Shown here one piece after another: positions 1-17,344 of a DNA stretch of 64,000 bases. The notes under the pieces are model-generated. The model saw only the letters and a program-made list of their open reading frames with translations, had not been told where the DNA came from and did no database searches. Position numbers and translations under genes: made by a program. Positions within the stretch are counted from its first letter, which is position 1; each line of letters starts with the position of its first letter. Location of the stretch: assembly GCF_009914755.1 (NCBI RefSeq), contig NC_060936.1, one strand, 5' to 3'. This DNA is from the human T2T-CHM13v2.0 reference genome, Homo sapiens.

Positions 1-1000
1 CTGTGTCTCTATCTCTATCTCTATCTCTATCTCTATCTCTATCTGTGTCTCTATCTCTATCTCTATCTGTATCTCTATCTCTATCTCTATCTCTATCTCT
101 ATCTGTGTCTCTATCTCTATCTCTATCTATCTCTATCTCTATCTCTATCTCTATCTCTATCTGTGTCTCTATCTCTATCTCTATCTCTATCTCTATCTGT
201 GTCTCTATCTCTATCTCTATCTCTATCTCTATCTCTATCTCTATCTCTATCTCTATCTGTGTCTCTATCTCTATCTCTATCTCTATCTCTATCTGTGTCT
301 CTATCTCTATCTCTATCTCTATCTCTATCTGTGTCTCTATCTCTATCTCTATCTCTATCTCTATCTCTATCTCTATCTCTATCTGTGTCTCTATCTCTAT
401 CTCTATCTCTATCTGTGTCTCTATCTCTATCTCTATCTATCTCTATCTCTATCTCTATCTCTATCTCTATCTCTATCTGTGTCTCTATCTCTATCTCTAT
501 CTCTATCTCTATCTCTATCTGTGTCTCTATCTCTATCTCTATCTCTATCTCTATCTGTGTCTCTATCTCTATCTATCTCTATCTCTATCTCTATCTCTAT
601 CTCTATCTGTTTCTCTATCTCTATCTCTATCTCTATCTGTGTCTCTATCTCTATCTCTATCTGTGTCTCTATCTCTATCTCTATCTGTGTCTCTATCTCT
701 ATCTCTATCTCTATCTGTGTCTCTATCTCTATCTCTATCTGTGTCTCTATCTCTATCTCTATCTCTATCTCTATCTCTATCTGTGTCTATTGATATATCT
801 GTATATATCTATCTAAATCTCTATCTCTATCTCTATCTGTGCCTATTGATATATCTGTATATATCTATCTCTATCTCTATCTCTATCTCTATCTCTATCT
901 CTATCTGTGCCTATTGATATATCTGTATATATCTATCTAAATCTCTATCTCTATCTCTATCTGTGCCTATTGATATATCTGTATATATCTATCTAAATCT
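1..1000. repeat. (CTCTAT)n hexamer array with CTGTGT interruptions, ending in 4 copies of a ~35-40 bp derived unit
   Basis: Read directly; runs off the window start. Confidence 0.98.
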
Positions 1001-1115
1001 CTGAAACAGCTGCTCAGAGTAAAAGAGGACTGGGTGCTATGAAAAGAGATAGGGCTTAGAATCTTTTTCAGATGAATGTGTTTCTCTCACTGTTGTATGT
1101 GGGTTGTTGAGTTAT

Positions 1116-1136
1116 GGGGTAGGGGTTGGGGGTGGG
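1116..1136 (+). other. Potential G-quadruplex GGGGtaGGGGttGGGGGtGGG
   Basis: Four G-runs of at least 3 with 1-2 nt loops; formation untested. Confidence 0.6.
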
Positions 1137-1422
1137 TGCTGCAGGGTGACACTGGTATGATATTCAAGTCTGCTTGTGAAGGTAGACTGGCTTTGGAGTG
1201 CTCCTTCCCCTTTCAGCATCCTCTCTATACCTGGGGCAGAGCATTTGTTCTAGCAGCGGTACAGATGATCATACCAGAGGCGTTCTGATCTGGGAGGCTT
1301 GCTTCCTGCCACAACCACTCCCCCAGCTCCAGCTGGTGAGATGGCACTGCTTACGGTGGTGATGGGGTAATGTCTTGTTTGTGGGAAGATGTAGATACTG
1401 ATAAGCTTAAGAAGTTACATTA

Positions 1423-1498
1423 AGTTACTTAAGAAGATAATGATAAGCTTAAGAAAATACAGTTACTTAAGAAGATAATGATAAGCTTAAGAAAATAC
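1423..1498. repeat. Perfect 38-bp tandem duplication
   Basis: agttacttaagaagataatgataagcttaagaaaatac x2, plus a partial copy at 1399-1413. Confidence 0.95.
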
Positions 1499-2010
1499 AA
1501 GCATAAGTATGGCTCTTAATACGCTAGAAAAATCAAAATGGAATGTATAAGTTTCAAACCGTCAGAGTAAAACCCAGTTTACCCAGTGGAGAATAGAGAA
1601 GAATGGGGAGGGGAGAGAAAGAAATGTGATAGCATGTGGACACCATGAAAAAGAAGGCTGAGATAAGTACAAATCATGGGAAAGTCAATAAATACAAATA
1701 AGTACTTAGATCAAAATGAAAATATACATCTCAGTTGGGCTAAAAAGATACAGAAAGATACTGTCAACAAGAGTTAAACAGACAAAAAGTAACAGCAAAG
1801 TTAAAAATACAGAGATAGAAAAAAATTTAAAAATAAAAGTTATATCAGGAAAATAGGCCTTCCCAAATATGATTTATTTTAATATTGATTAAATTATCTT
1901 TTAAGGCACACAGAGCAATGTTATATGCTGATAAAAGAAACAGTAGATCAAGAAAATATAACCGTGCCGATCGATGCACCTAACAGCATGGCATTTAAAT
2001 ACATAAAGCG

Positions 2011-2300
2011 GGCCGGGCGCGGCAGCCCACGCCTGTAATCCCAGCACTTTGGGAGGCTGAGGCGGGTGGATCACCTGAGTTCAGGAGTTCGAGACCAGCC
2101 TGGCCAACATAGTGAAACCCTGTCTCTACTGAAAATACAAAAATGAGCTGGGCGTGGTGGCACGCACCTGTAGTTTTCAGCTACTTGAGAGCCTGAGGCA
2201 GGAGAATTGCTTGAACCCAGGAGGTAGAGGTTGCAGTGAGCTAAGATCATACCCCTGGGTGACAGCGCAAGATTCTGTCTATAAGTAAACAAATAAATGT
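2011..2300 (+). mobile_element. AluS
   Basis: ggccgggcgcgg start, dimeric Alu with small deletion. Confidence 0.93.
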
Positions 2301-3289
2301 ATATATAGCAGCAATGAGGTGAAACAGATAAATCAACAATTGTAGTTGGTCATTTGGATGTGCTCCTGTCAGAATTTGATCAAATAAAGAAGCATCAACA
2401 TAAAGTTTTAATAACATTAACAAGCTCAAGTTCATAGATGTGTATATAGAATTTTGTCCTAACATAGAGAATAAACAATATTTTCAAGAACTTACTGAAC
2501 AGTCGTAAAAACTAACCATGTACTGGGTCATAAAGGAAACTTTAAAATTCCCAAGAGTCAAAGTCACATGACTTTGCACTCCTAATGCAGCAAAATTAGA
2601 AATCAGGAGTAAAGATAGTAAAGTAGTAATAAAGGTAGTAAAGAACAGCAGCAGAAAACCAAAATAAGTATATAATCTTGAAACATACTACCAAAATGAC
2701 CTGTGGGTTAAAGGAAAAATATAAACATTTAAAAATGAGTGGCAGTGAAAGCTCTCTATATAAAAATCTGTGGAACATAATTAGAAAAAAATCTGTGGGG
2801 TGTAACTAAAGCAGTATTTAGAGGGAAATAGCTAGTTTTTAACATATTTATCAGAAAATAAGAAAGAAAAGCAAGTAATCTAGGTGTTCAAATCAGGAAA
2901 CTTAGAAAAAACAGAGTTAATCCAAAAACAATAAAGAATAATAAATATAAGGTGAGAAATTAATAGAGAATAAAACAACACCAAGAGGTAGTTATTTGAA
3001 AAAGGTTAATAGGACAGGAACAGCTCTTACAGATGATAAAGGAGAAGTAACTACTAGTACTACAGAGTTTAAAAATAATATAAGACAACTCTAAACAATT
3101 ATATTCGAATAAGCTTGAAAAACAAGAAGAAATAAGTTTCTGGAAAAATATAAAATGACAGAAGAAGTTCAAGAGAAAAGAGAAAACATGAACAACAGTC
3201 GTTATAGAAATTGAAATGGTAATCAACCTCATCCCTTTTTCCCTCCCAAATCCTAAGGCCCAGATGGCTTTCGAGGAGAAAATATTTGA

Positions 3290-3609
<320 letters not shown>

Positions 3610-3757
3610 CTATCAAATATTTAAAAATAGTCATTTTCATCCTCAAGTTGTTCCCCACTCCCCAAGAAAAAACAAGAAAGCCTAATACTCTACCCAAGGA
3701 TATGAGGAAAAATAAATAAATTAAAAGATACTCCATGTCAATAGATGGTATAATTTA

Positions 3758-4140
<383 letters not shown>

Positions 4141-5003
4141 ACAGTATTTTTTAGGAATTCATTTTATTTTAAATTTTGTAAGGAGGAGTTACAAAAAGAC
4201 AAATACTACATATGATTCCACTTGTCATACCTAGAGTCAAATTCATGGAGACAGAAAGTAGAAAGGTGGTTACCAGCGGCTGGGAAGGAGAGAATGTGGA
4301 GTTTAATGGGTATAGAATTTTAGTTTTGTAAGGTGAAATGAGTTCTGGAGATTGGTTGCACAACAGTGTGAATATACTCAACACTACTGAACTGTAGACT
4401 TAAAATGATTGAGATAGCAAATTTTATGTCTGTATATCTTACCTCTATTAAATTTTTAAAAATGTATATGGATGAATAAAGCTATTCTAACATTAAACAA
4501 AAAGAGAAGAGAAGATGGGAGAACCCTGCCCTGTGAGACATGAAAATACAGAGTCATAAACCAAACGAAACCAAACAGTGCACCTCAGAACAGTGCGGTA
4601 ACTAGCACAGGAAGGAGCAGATATGAAAAGAACAGGGAGTGTGAAATCAGAAACATTTATGTGGAGAGATAGTCATAAACTAGTGCAAAATTAAGCAAGT
4701 ATGAGAAAACTGACATACCATATGGAGAATAAAGTTGGCCACCTACTTCATGCTAGATGAAACAGTGAACTCTAGATGGATTAAAGACCTCAGTGTTAAA
4801 GAGAAACTATAAAGCTAATCAATAAAAATGTTTAGTAGGAATATATTGGGTAAGATAACTTAAATGACTCCATCAAATTTAAGCATTTCTGTTCAAGAAA
4901 GAAAACCATTGGCAAAGCTAACAGATGAGATTGGGAGAAGAGTTTTTTTAGAGCCTCTTAAAATAGTAAGGATTCAGATAAAGAATAAAAAAGAGATGCT
5001 TGA

Positions 5004-5315
<312 letters not shown>

Positions 5316-5787
5316 CTATAGGGAGAGGGAAGGATTTGAATAGACAATTAACAGATAAAGAAACCTAAGTGGTTAACAACTATGCCATGATATCATCAAT
5401 CTCACTAGTAAATAAAGAAATGCAAATTTCAAAGATGATGAAATACTATATTTTGTTCATCAAATTGATAAAAATTAGAATGTGAGATAACATTCAGTGC
5501 TTGTGAGGATTTGGGCAAACAGTAACATAAATGACGTAGGTGGTTTCAGTAATCCCATTCCTTGGTATATTTCCCAGAAAAACTTTCCTGCTGGTCCACA
5601 AAAGGACATGTATAAGGATGTTCACCACAGTATTATTTGTGGGAAGAAGGAATTAAAAGCAGCATAAGTGTTTATTACTAGGGGGTTGGATAAATAAAGT
5701 ATTGTGGATATGTACCATGGAATACTGTACAAAAGTCAAAAGCAGTGATGCAGAAGCAGGGATAGATATAAGTACTATCTATGTTTA

Positions 5788-5861
5788 CTTTTTTTTTTTT
5801 TTGAGACGGAGTTTTACTCTTGTTGCCCAGGCTTGAGTGCGATGGCGCAGTCTCGGCTCAC
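5788..5861 (-). mobile_element. Alu 3' fragment
   Basis: poly-T then gagacggagttttactcttgttgcccagg. Confidence 0.85.
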
Positions 5862-6664
5862 TTTACAGTACTTGTTACAAGTAGTGTGTTGTTTAAAAAA
5901 CAGCATCCATCCCGTTTTTTAAAAGTAAAAAACAGGTTGAGGTATGTAACATTAATATAAATTGAAAACATGTATGAATATAAAAATCACCCTCTGTGTT
6001 TCTAAGATACATATTCAGGAACATATTAAAACATATTAGAATAGCTGCATATTGAAGGAGGGATGGGTATTGGACATAAATGGAAAAAGAGGAAAACAAA
6101 ACAAGAGTAGAACTTCACATGAATCAACGATAACACTTGGACAGCGGATAGACCTTGGTCCTAAGTGAGATAGAGATCTGAAGCCAAGACCTCCGCATAA
6201 ATCTAGTACTATCCTGAGAAAGGTCGGACGAGAAAAAAATTCCTCCTACCAGTATTAATGGCAATATGAGAGACTGACTTATTCTCCTTGGCTTTGATTT
6301 TGTGGAGAAAGGTCTCTCATCATGCAGGTTTGAGTTTGAATAGACATAACTGCTCTGAAGGGACATTCTCTCAACCTAGTACGTGTAGATTCCCACAGGT
6401 AAAAGCATTGCTTAGAATGAATTTACAATTCCACATTAGTTAATCACTTGTGGATTGTAATCTCCCCTGAACCAATAATGGGAGTAAGAACAAATGGAGT
6501 GATCAGACCCTTAGGAACGCTGGATAATAGAACGAGAGTATAAACTAAATGATTAAAGGACGGACTGAGAGGCATGGGCACACTCTCCAGAATGGATGAT
6601 CAGATATGACTTGTTAGGATGTTGTTTCATGACTATTGAGAGCAAAAGCTGAAGTAGCACTAGG

Positions 6665-6818
6665 TTTTTAATTTTTATTTTCTTAATTTTTAATTTTTAT
6701 AGAGACAGAACCTCCTTATGTTGCCCATGCTGGTCTTCAGCTCCTGGACTCAAGTGATCCTCCCAACTCAGCCTCTCGTAGTGTTAGGATTACAGGCGTG
6801 AGGCACCGTGCCCAGCTA
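6665..6818 (-). mobile_element. FLAM/Alu left monomer
   Basis: Single Alu monomer sequence. Confidence 0.85.
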
Positions 6819-6999
6819 GCACTAGCTGTTTAGTACAGTGTGTTTGAATCTTGGGTCTGCCACTTGCTGTATGAGTGTATACTTTTTTGCCTTAGTTTTC
6901 TCATCTGTGAGAAGAATAATAGCCTTACCCCATAATGTTGTGAGAATTAAATGTTAATTATCTATGTAGTAACACTCAGTAAATATTAGCTATTATAAT

Positions 7000-8130
7000 T
7001 AATAAATGCATAAAGAAATGATTTAAAACGCGAGGAAAAAAACAAAGGTACTGTAAATAAAACCAACCGGGTTATAAAAGATCAAAACAGGATTTTAGAC
7101 ATGAAATATATAGTAACTAAAATGGAAAACTCAGTATATTAGTGTAGTTGCAGATTATAGAGAGCTGTAGGAACAGTTAGTGAATTGGAACATAGATCTG
7201 ATGAGCTATTACCCAGCAAGCAATAGGAAAGATAGGAAGATAGAAATTATTAAAAAGAACTCTATGTAAATTGAGCCCAACTTATATGTAGGAGTTTCAG
7301 GAGTGGATAAAGAGAATGGGAGGCAATCTTAAGAGAGAATTGCTGAGAATTTTTCTGATTTTGATGATAGGAATGGATTCTTCAATTCAGGAACAAATTA
7401 TTCTTGAGCAGGAAAATATCTACACCTACATACAGCATAGTGGAACCATAGATAAACTAATCTTAAATACTGCCAGGTAGACTGGGCATGATGGCTCACG
7501 CCTGTAATCCTAGTGGAGGTCAAGGTAGGAGGATCACTTGAGACCAGGAGTTTGAGACCAGCCGGGGCAACAGTGAGACTGCGTCTCCACAAACAACAAC
7601 AACAGCAACAACAAAAAACTAACCAGGCAACAACAAGAAAAAAAAACTTACCAGGTGTGGTGTGTACATGTAGTCCTGGCTACTCAGAAGTCGAAGGCGA
7701 GAGTATCCCTTGACCTTAGCTAAGGGCTTCAGGGCAGTAGTGAGCTATGATTGTGCCACTGCACTCCAGCTTGGGCAATAGAGCGAGACCCTGTCTCTAA
7801 AAAAGAAAACAACCTGCTGGGGAGAAAAAATACATTACGTGTAAAGGATTGACAATTAGGCCAACATCAGACTTTTCAGTTGCCACAACAGTAGTGAGAA
7901 TATGGTAGCGTAAAATCTTCAAAGTTTAGTGAAAAACATTGGCAACTCAGAATTCTGTACCAAGCTGAACTCTCATCATTCTTCAGTAAAGATAGAAGAA
8001 AGACTTTTACTTTCAGATTAATACAAATGAGAGTTTACTACCCAGGATCCCTATGGAAACAACTGTTAAAAGATGTATGTTAGAAAGAAGAAAAGAATGA
8101 GATGCAAGAAAAAAAAAACAGGAGATGAAA
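7000..8130 (+). mobile_element. Decayed L1 ORF1/HAL1-like region containing AluJ (7479-7810)
   Basis: ORF1-like decayed motifs; the Alu is clear, the L1 call is approximate. Confidence 0.55.
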
Positions 8131-8489
8131 AGGCATTAATGTAACAGGAAAAACTAATCTAATATCAATATAATAGTATGGCATAGACCTTACAGTAATA
8201 CTGCCGTTACAGCCAAAACTCGCAAATCAATTGAGGTTTATTCAGTAAAGGTGAGGAATTTCAGAGAAAGATCACAAAAGGAAGAGCTTGTCTGTTGCTT
8301 CTCCTTGTTGGTATAATGTTGCTAAATAATAGAGCAGGTGGAATTCTGCATCTAGATTGTTTCTATCTTCCCTGTCAAGAGCATAGGAATGAAATAAATG
8401 GAATATATATTTCTACAGTGGCAAAATGAAAATGAAGCTCAAGGTGTGTGAAGACAGAAATTGTAAGAAAGCGTAAAGACCTCTGCAGT

Positions 8490-8566
8490 GGCCAGGCAGA
8501 GTGACTCATGCCTATAATTCCAGCACTTTGGAAGGCCGAGACAGGAGGATCACTTGAGCCCAGGAG
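8490..8566 (+). mobile_element. Truncated Alu left arm
   Basis: ggccaggcagagtgactcatgcc...ttgagcccaggag then abrupt end. Confidence 0.85.
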
Positions 8567-9733
8567 GGTTTTCACATAGAGAAAGCTATAAGGAATTCTC
8601 CCTTTCTGTGAGGGTTTTCACATAGAGTTATAAGGCTTTGTTGATCTTAGTTCTGATACCAGAACGAGGAAGTGTTATGTTATGTGTTGGCTTAAAGGGG
8701 TCAAAGTAGGTTGGCTGACTGCCATGCTTTATCAGGTTTGCAGAGGCCAAGAGTTCCTTGGGGCTGCATACCTGAATAGCACTTATTGCAGTATACTTTG
8801 TGTAGCCAATACTGTGTCTTCTTTGTCTGCTATGAGTTTTCAAGGGAAAATGAGTGAAGGTATCAACATTAATTTTTCAGAATATAAATTTGCGAAACGT
8901 ATAGTCTTTTTTTTTTTTTTTAAACTATGTACTGTGGAATGACTCATTTCTACCTTGACTATTTTGATATCTGAGCTTTTCATCTTTTTGTCAAGTATGG
9001 GGTATCAAACAGAGCTCAATGCAGTTTGTTGAAACAGTACTCTAAAACAGTTTACTTCCGTGTGGTCTGTAATGCTGTCAGTCCCATGGCTCAGTGCCCT
9101 TCACGTAGCATTCAGCCTCCCATCTAGGTGGGAACAATGGGAAATGCAGTCATAGGATATATCATTTAGAGTGGACTTGAGCAAGTTACTTAATTAGTTT
9201 GGGCCTTGATTTTTCTCAGCTTTAAAGTTGGGAGTTTAAATTCAGTTATTTAACTGTTAAAAAAATTTATGAAGTACTGTGGAATACAGGAAAATTGTAG
9301 AAAATATAATAGATACCAGTCAGATTTAACATACATTAAAATAAAGAATTCTTAAAAATGTCTCATTCTAAACTAATCAATGGAAGATGTGGTTTAAATA
9401 AAAGTTATTAGAATTTTAGGTTTTTAGAACTAGTTGGGGCCAGGAATAAAGATTTGGAAGCTGTGGAGGTGGTGGTGAAAGCCTTAGAATTGGATTAGTT
9501 TCTCCAGAGGAGGTTCCATGCAGTGAGATGTGAGGAGGAGGAAATGACAGAGGATGGAGAACACTGAAAAGGTGTGATCGCAGAGTTAGAAAGGAAAAGT
9601 GTCATGTTGGCAAAGCCAAGAGGGGAATGATAGGAAACAAGCCACATATCCATGCAACTAATTATTACTACTAATTTGCCTTTAGATAGATCTGTTTATT
9701 GATTTAAAACAAAGGAAAGTTAAGGTACGTTGA

Positions 9734-10041
<308 letters not shown>

Positions 10042-11135
10042 TTAATTGTTTTTTGATCAGAAGTGAGAGGCCAAAACAGTAGGGTAGCCATTTTCTGTTC
10101 ACTTCCATTGGTAGAGAAAACCTTGTAGACAAAAGCCTTCTGTTTTTATTGAAGTTGGCATGACCTGTTTGCCACAGACAAACTTGGCAAGTTGGGCAAA
10201 TGCTGTTCCTGCAGCTCTGCTGATGTGAATAAACAAGGTTTTATTCCTCCTGCCAGGACTGGTGTCAGGGCAATGACTGTGTGTGTCCTGCTGGTCTTTG
10301 AGGGGTTTTCCTGAATATGTTTTTTGTGGTTTGTAAAATATGGACCTCACGCAAAATTATACTACAAATTTAGTTCACTCCAAACCAAAAGATCAGTGTA
10401 GAATTCAGAGCAATTAATCTGGTAGTAGCAAAGTGGTTTTTGTGGTGGTTTTTATCTCAAATCTCCAGACTAGCATATTTGAATTCTGTACTGCACAAAA
10501 AAGCAGACTAAGACAAAGTGTACACAGGTGATTTGAATTGAATACTTAGTCAATAAAAGATCATTTAATAATTAGGGGTATGGACTTGGGCAGTTTCTGT
10601 TCCTAATATTTATTATATGAAATATTTTTTGTATCAAAGCCTGTGTTTCCAGCCACACTTATACTAAAGGTTTGTATGTTTATAACAAGAGTTCTTATTC
10701 TTTCCCTTTTCAGTCACCTTTTTCGGTCACCAATTCATACTTGACACTCTCTCAGTGCCGTGCGGGTATTTATGTCCGGTCAGCATTGACATGTTTCCAG
10801 GTCACTTAACTGAATCATGGATCCAATATAAAGTGCAGCTTGGGCATCTGGGTGCCTTTCATAAAGAGGCAGCAATGTGGGGTCTCACAAATGTTGTCCT
10901 GTGTGATGGTGGTGCCATCAGAAAGAAAAACACTTAGAAGTGATGAGGGATGTGTTCCTACATACAGATCCATGTCCCGCAGATGGAAAGGCTTTTATTT
11001 TTCTGAAATTAATGCTTAGAAGAGCTGAGAGACAAGAAAATTAGGCAGTTGAGACTTCAGGTTTGAATGCCTAAGCTTTTTGCCTTTGTAGTAAGAATTT
11101 GTGTATTTAGGACATACAGGATAAAATAATGTGGG

Positions 11136-11462
<327 letters not shown>

Positions 11463-11949
11463 TAATGAGGTGCTTTGTTTTTTGCTTTTGGTTAGAGGTA
11501 GTGGTAGATTAATATATAGTATACAAAATACAGATTAGCATGTAGTAATTAGATGCAAATGATTATGTGATTTATTTATTTTTCAAATTTCTGACATGTA
11601 TACTTTTCTAAGGCTTTGACCTCCTTAACTGTGTAGAAGGGTCACCAGATTCAGTAAGCACCTTCGCCATGACTGATGCCTTGTAATGGGTTCAGCTAAT
11701 AGGAACCAAACCTGACACTGTCAAATAGGATTAGTAGCAACACTGGCTGGCTTGAGCTGTGCCTGAATGCCAGTGGATAAGGGTCAGTGGGTTCTTTGGC
11801 ATCTTGAGCAGCCTGGTTGTTGAATTTCATATTCCACTAAGGTCTTTACTCTGTGGTTGCAATCCTTTTCTTTTAACTGAATCAATATTCAGTCTGTTCT
11901 GACACTTCCCTTTTGGACCTTTTTTTGTTTGCATGGTGGAGTGTTGTGA

Positions 11950-12185
11950 TTTTTACTCTCTTGGCAAATTTCAGGTATATAATACAGCATTATTAATTAC
12001 ACGCTGCTGTATATTAGATCCCCAGAACTTACTCGTTTTATAACTGAGGGTTTGTACCCTTTGATCAGCATCTCCCCATGCCTCTCCCTGTTCCTATCCC
12101 CAGCCCCTGGTAACCACCATTCTCTTCTCTGTTTCTTTGAGTTCAACTTTATTCAGATTCCATATGTAAGTGAGATCATACCGTA
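11950..12185 (-). mobile_element. L1MA/MB 3' end fragment
   Basis: cccagcccctggtaaccaccattct...gattccatatgtaagtgagatcat motifs. Confidence 0.75.
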
Positions 12186-12479
12186 ATCTGTGTTATTTCT
12201 GATCTCAGTTTTCACTGAATGCTTTTTGTCCTTGTATTATGAGTTGTGTTTTTCTGCTTCTTTGCTTGTCTGGTGAGTTTGGGTTGGATGCCAAGCATTG
12301 TGAGTTTTACCTTGTTGGGTGCTAGGCATTTTGTATTCCTGTAAATATTACTGAACTTTGTTTTGTGATGCTGGTAAAATACTTGGAAATAGTTTCATTC
12401 TTTTGGGTCTTTCATTTAAGCTTTGTTAGATGGTACCAAAATTGCATTTATTCTAAAGCTAGTCTCCTCGTGCACCCCC

Positions 12480-13365
<886 letters not shown>

Positions 13366-13751
13366 GGTAATGGAAGGGAACATTCAGAACATTTGGGTGC
13401 CTGAGGCTTCTCTAGAGCAGGGTACTTGCCCAAAGGGGGCTTGGGATTTTGCTTCCTGTTCCAACCTAACCTTTGTGTTGCCCTGATATCTTATTTTCTG
13501 TTACTGGAGGCATCTTCCAAACTCAGTTCTCCAGGTCACGGAAACAAGTCAATGAAAAAGCAGGACAGGTGTCACTTCTGTTATAAGCTTACCACTTCGG
13601 GCTTCTAGTCTCTGTTTTCAACATTTTAGTGATGTTGTCTCTTTCTCTATGTGTACACTTCTGTATATGCTTATATGCATGCTGATCTATGAATTTGAAA
13701 AGAAGTTTGTTGTGCTTTACCTAGCATTTCTGGGTGTTTTGTAGCAGTAGG

Positions 13752-14180
13752 TGTGGTGGGCTGAATAGTATCCTCCATAAATCTGTGTCTACCTGGTACT
13801 CAGAATGTGACCATATTTGGAAATAGGGTCTTTGAAGCTATTATTAGTTAAGGTTTGAGATAAGATCATGATGGAGTGGGCTCTAAATGCAATGACTGGT
13901 GTCCTTATAGAAGAGAGAGGACATATAAAGATACAAAGAAGAGGGTGAAGTGAAGGTGGAAACAGAGATTGGAGTGATGCATCGTCTACAAGACGAGGAG
14001 CCAGGAGACAGCAAGAGGCAAGGAAGGCTCTTTCTCAGAGCCCTCATAGAGAGCAAGGTCCTGCTACACCTTTATGTCAGACTTCTAAACTCCAGAACTT
14101 GGAGAGAGGAAAATAAATCTATTGTTTAAAGCCACCTGGTTTGTGGTCCTTTGTTAGGGCAGTCCTAAGAGAGTAAAACA
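13752..14180 (+). mobile_element. MLT1-family MaLR solo LTR
   Basis: tgtggtgggctgaat...cagaatgtgacc..ttggaaatagggtc...aataaat..gttttaagcc-like motifs. Confidence 0.85.
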
Positions 14181-15293
14181 GTTAGGTTTTTCTGGATTTC
14201 TAGCTCATATTCAGGTCATTATCAGGTATTTTCAGGTTTTTATCAAAGCATTTCAGGTATTATCAGGGAGACTGTTAAGATATAATGTCATGTCAGAAAT
14301 AACACACCAAAAATAAGGTTCTTATTCTCTCTGGAAGCTAAAACCCATTTAGTCTTCTTCATCAGAAACCTGGGAACCCATGTTTGACTTATCTCTCTTT
14401 TATCCCTTATATACAACCAATAAAAGTCAAGCTCCTAGACATGACACTGATGCTTTCCGTGGCTAAGGCCTTGTCTTCTGCTGCACCTCACATAACTTAC
14501 CACCTATTCTATGCTTTAGCAATTCTCTATTCATAGCTCTCTGAGAAGTTAACATCCTTTCTAATCTTCATTATTTGTGGTATCTCTGCTCAAAGGTTCT
14601 TCCATTATCTTCCTCACCAGCCATCTTCTGCTCATCTTTACATGCTTTGAGGTATCTCCAAGCAATCTGAGTGCTTCTTTTCTGTACTTTTAGAAAATAT
14701 TCTCTACACTTCTGTTGCAGCACTTTCTATAATATATTTATGTGATCTATTTTGGCAACATTCTTCTCCATTAGGTTGTAACTTCAGCAGAAGACAGGAA
14801 ATATCTTAGTTATCTTTGTGTCTCCAGTAACCAGCCCAGTGTAACTTTTCCGATATACAAATACCATGACTTTCTCCTGCTTAAAAATCTTCACTGACTT
14901 CCATTTGCAAGTAGGATAAAATTTAAGCCTCTTATTTTAGCAGGCAAGGATTTATGATCTACTATCTTTTCAGGCTTGTCTCTTGTCCTTCTTCTGTTAC
15001 TTTATGCCAAGCAATACCAAATGAATTTACAAGTATATCATGCTGTTTCATGTTTCTAGATTTTAAAGTATTCTATTTCCTCTTCCTAGATATCCATGCA
15101 TTTCTCTCTGCCTTCCCTTTTGTATCTAGTGATGTTCTCTTCATTATTCAAAAACCAATTCAGACATTTATTCTTTTAGAAAACTTTTCTGACTCTTCTG
15201 ACATACTGTTCATAGGAGAGATTTCCCTGCCTGCCTGTGTTCACCTGTGTTCCTTTATGCTGGTATTCTTTGGTATGTGATAACAGATTATAA

Positions 15294-15677
<384 letters not shown>

Positions 15678-15820
15678 ATAGTCCTTCTACTTACCAGTTC
15701 TTTAATATAATATGAGGTAAACTATTTAACTACGCTGAGTCACAGTTTTATCATCTTTTAAAATAGGGAGATAATGTTAGCTACTTTACAGTGCTAAATG
15801 TTTTAAGTGAGATAGGATTA

Positions 15821-16145
<325 letters not shown>

Positions 16146-16700
16146 TATATATAATTTATAATATGTTACATATTATGTATATTATTTATATGTATTATAT
16201 AATACATATTATATAATATATAATATATTTATATAAATTAGATATAATATTATCATATATAGTATATATAATATATATTAATATATAAATGTGTAAATGT
16301 ATATATTATATAATTATATATAAAATACAATTATATATAATTATATATTGTTTTATATTATATATAATATATAATACATATTATAATATAATTATATTTA
16401 ATACATATTATATATAATATAATTATATTTATTTACATAATATATATAATTGTATATAATATATATCATATATAATTATATATGATATATATTATATAAT
16501 ATATATCATGTATAATATAATTACAATATATGATATATATTATATAATATAATTACAATATATGATATATATTATATAATATATGTTGTATATAATACAT
16601 ATGTTGTATATAATATATGTTATATAATATATAATATATGTTATATGTAAGTTGTATATAATATGTAATACATAATATATGTTATATATAATATATATAG
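16146..16700. repeat. ~550-bp degenerate (TA)-rich tract
   Basis: Almost pure A/T, starts directly after the Alu tail. Confidence 0.95.
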
Positions 16701-17344
16701 AAATATTGGTAAGTTCTGTATAATGATGTTATTAAGTTCTATAAGTAGAAAAAAAAGTGTTAAATTCTATTACAAAATACCCTGAGAAAGGATGAGGGAG
16801 ATAGTATTTGTCTGTTGGGGGTTTGGAAAATATTTATTAAAATGGTGGCATAGGAAAAGGACCTTGAAAGATGTGTTCAGTAGGCAGATTTTTTTTAAGT
16901 GGTAGAGGGTTAAGGATATTACAGGCATAGGACAAAATGTGAACAATGACAAGAAAGAAGGAAAGTATAGTATTTATTCAGAGAATGGCAGTACTGCTGC
17001 AATGGAGAGCCACTGGAAGTGGGGCAAGGAGGCATATGGCAAAGGTTAGGCAGTGCTGGTACATTGGGACCGTCTGACCATGGAGGACCTTGAATTCCCT
17101 GCTGTGATCCTGTGGGTTAGGGTGGTGTTAGAGAATTAGTGGTTAAGAGTGTGGGGTCTGGAGGCAAGACCACGTAATCTTAAATCTCTGCTTATTTGTA
17201 GCTGTGAGATCTTGGGCCTGCTATCTCCTCTGAGGCCCAGTTTCCCACATTGCCGTGAGAGAGTGTGAAGTTTCCTGCAGGGAGAATGCAAGGGAAGAAA
17301 ATACGATACCTGAGAACAGAAGTGTGAGGATTTTAATGTATATA

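Noticed and set aside
3-917. Long ORFs of poly-SL/IS/YL
   Set aside because: Direct translation of the hexamer repeat, with non-ATG starts and no splice or promoter support
14208-14270. Imperfect tcaggt-containing 10-11-mer repeat
   Set aside because: Short degenerate slippage repeat with no sign of function
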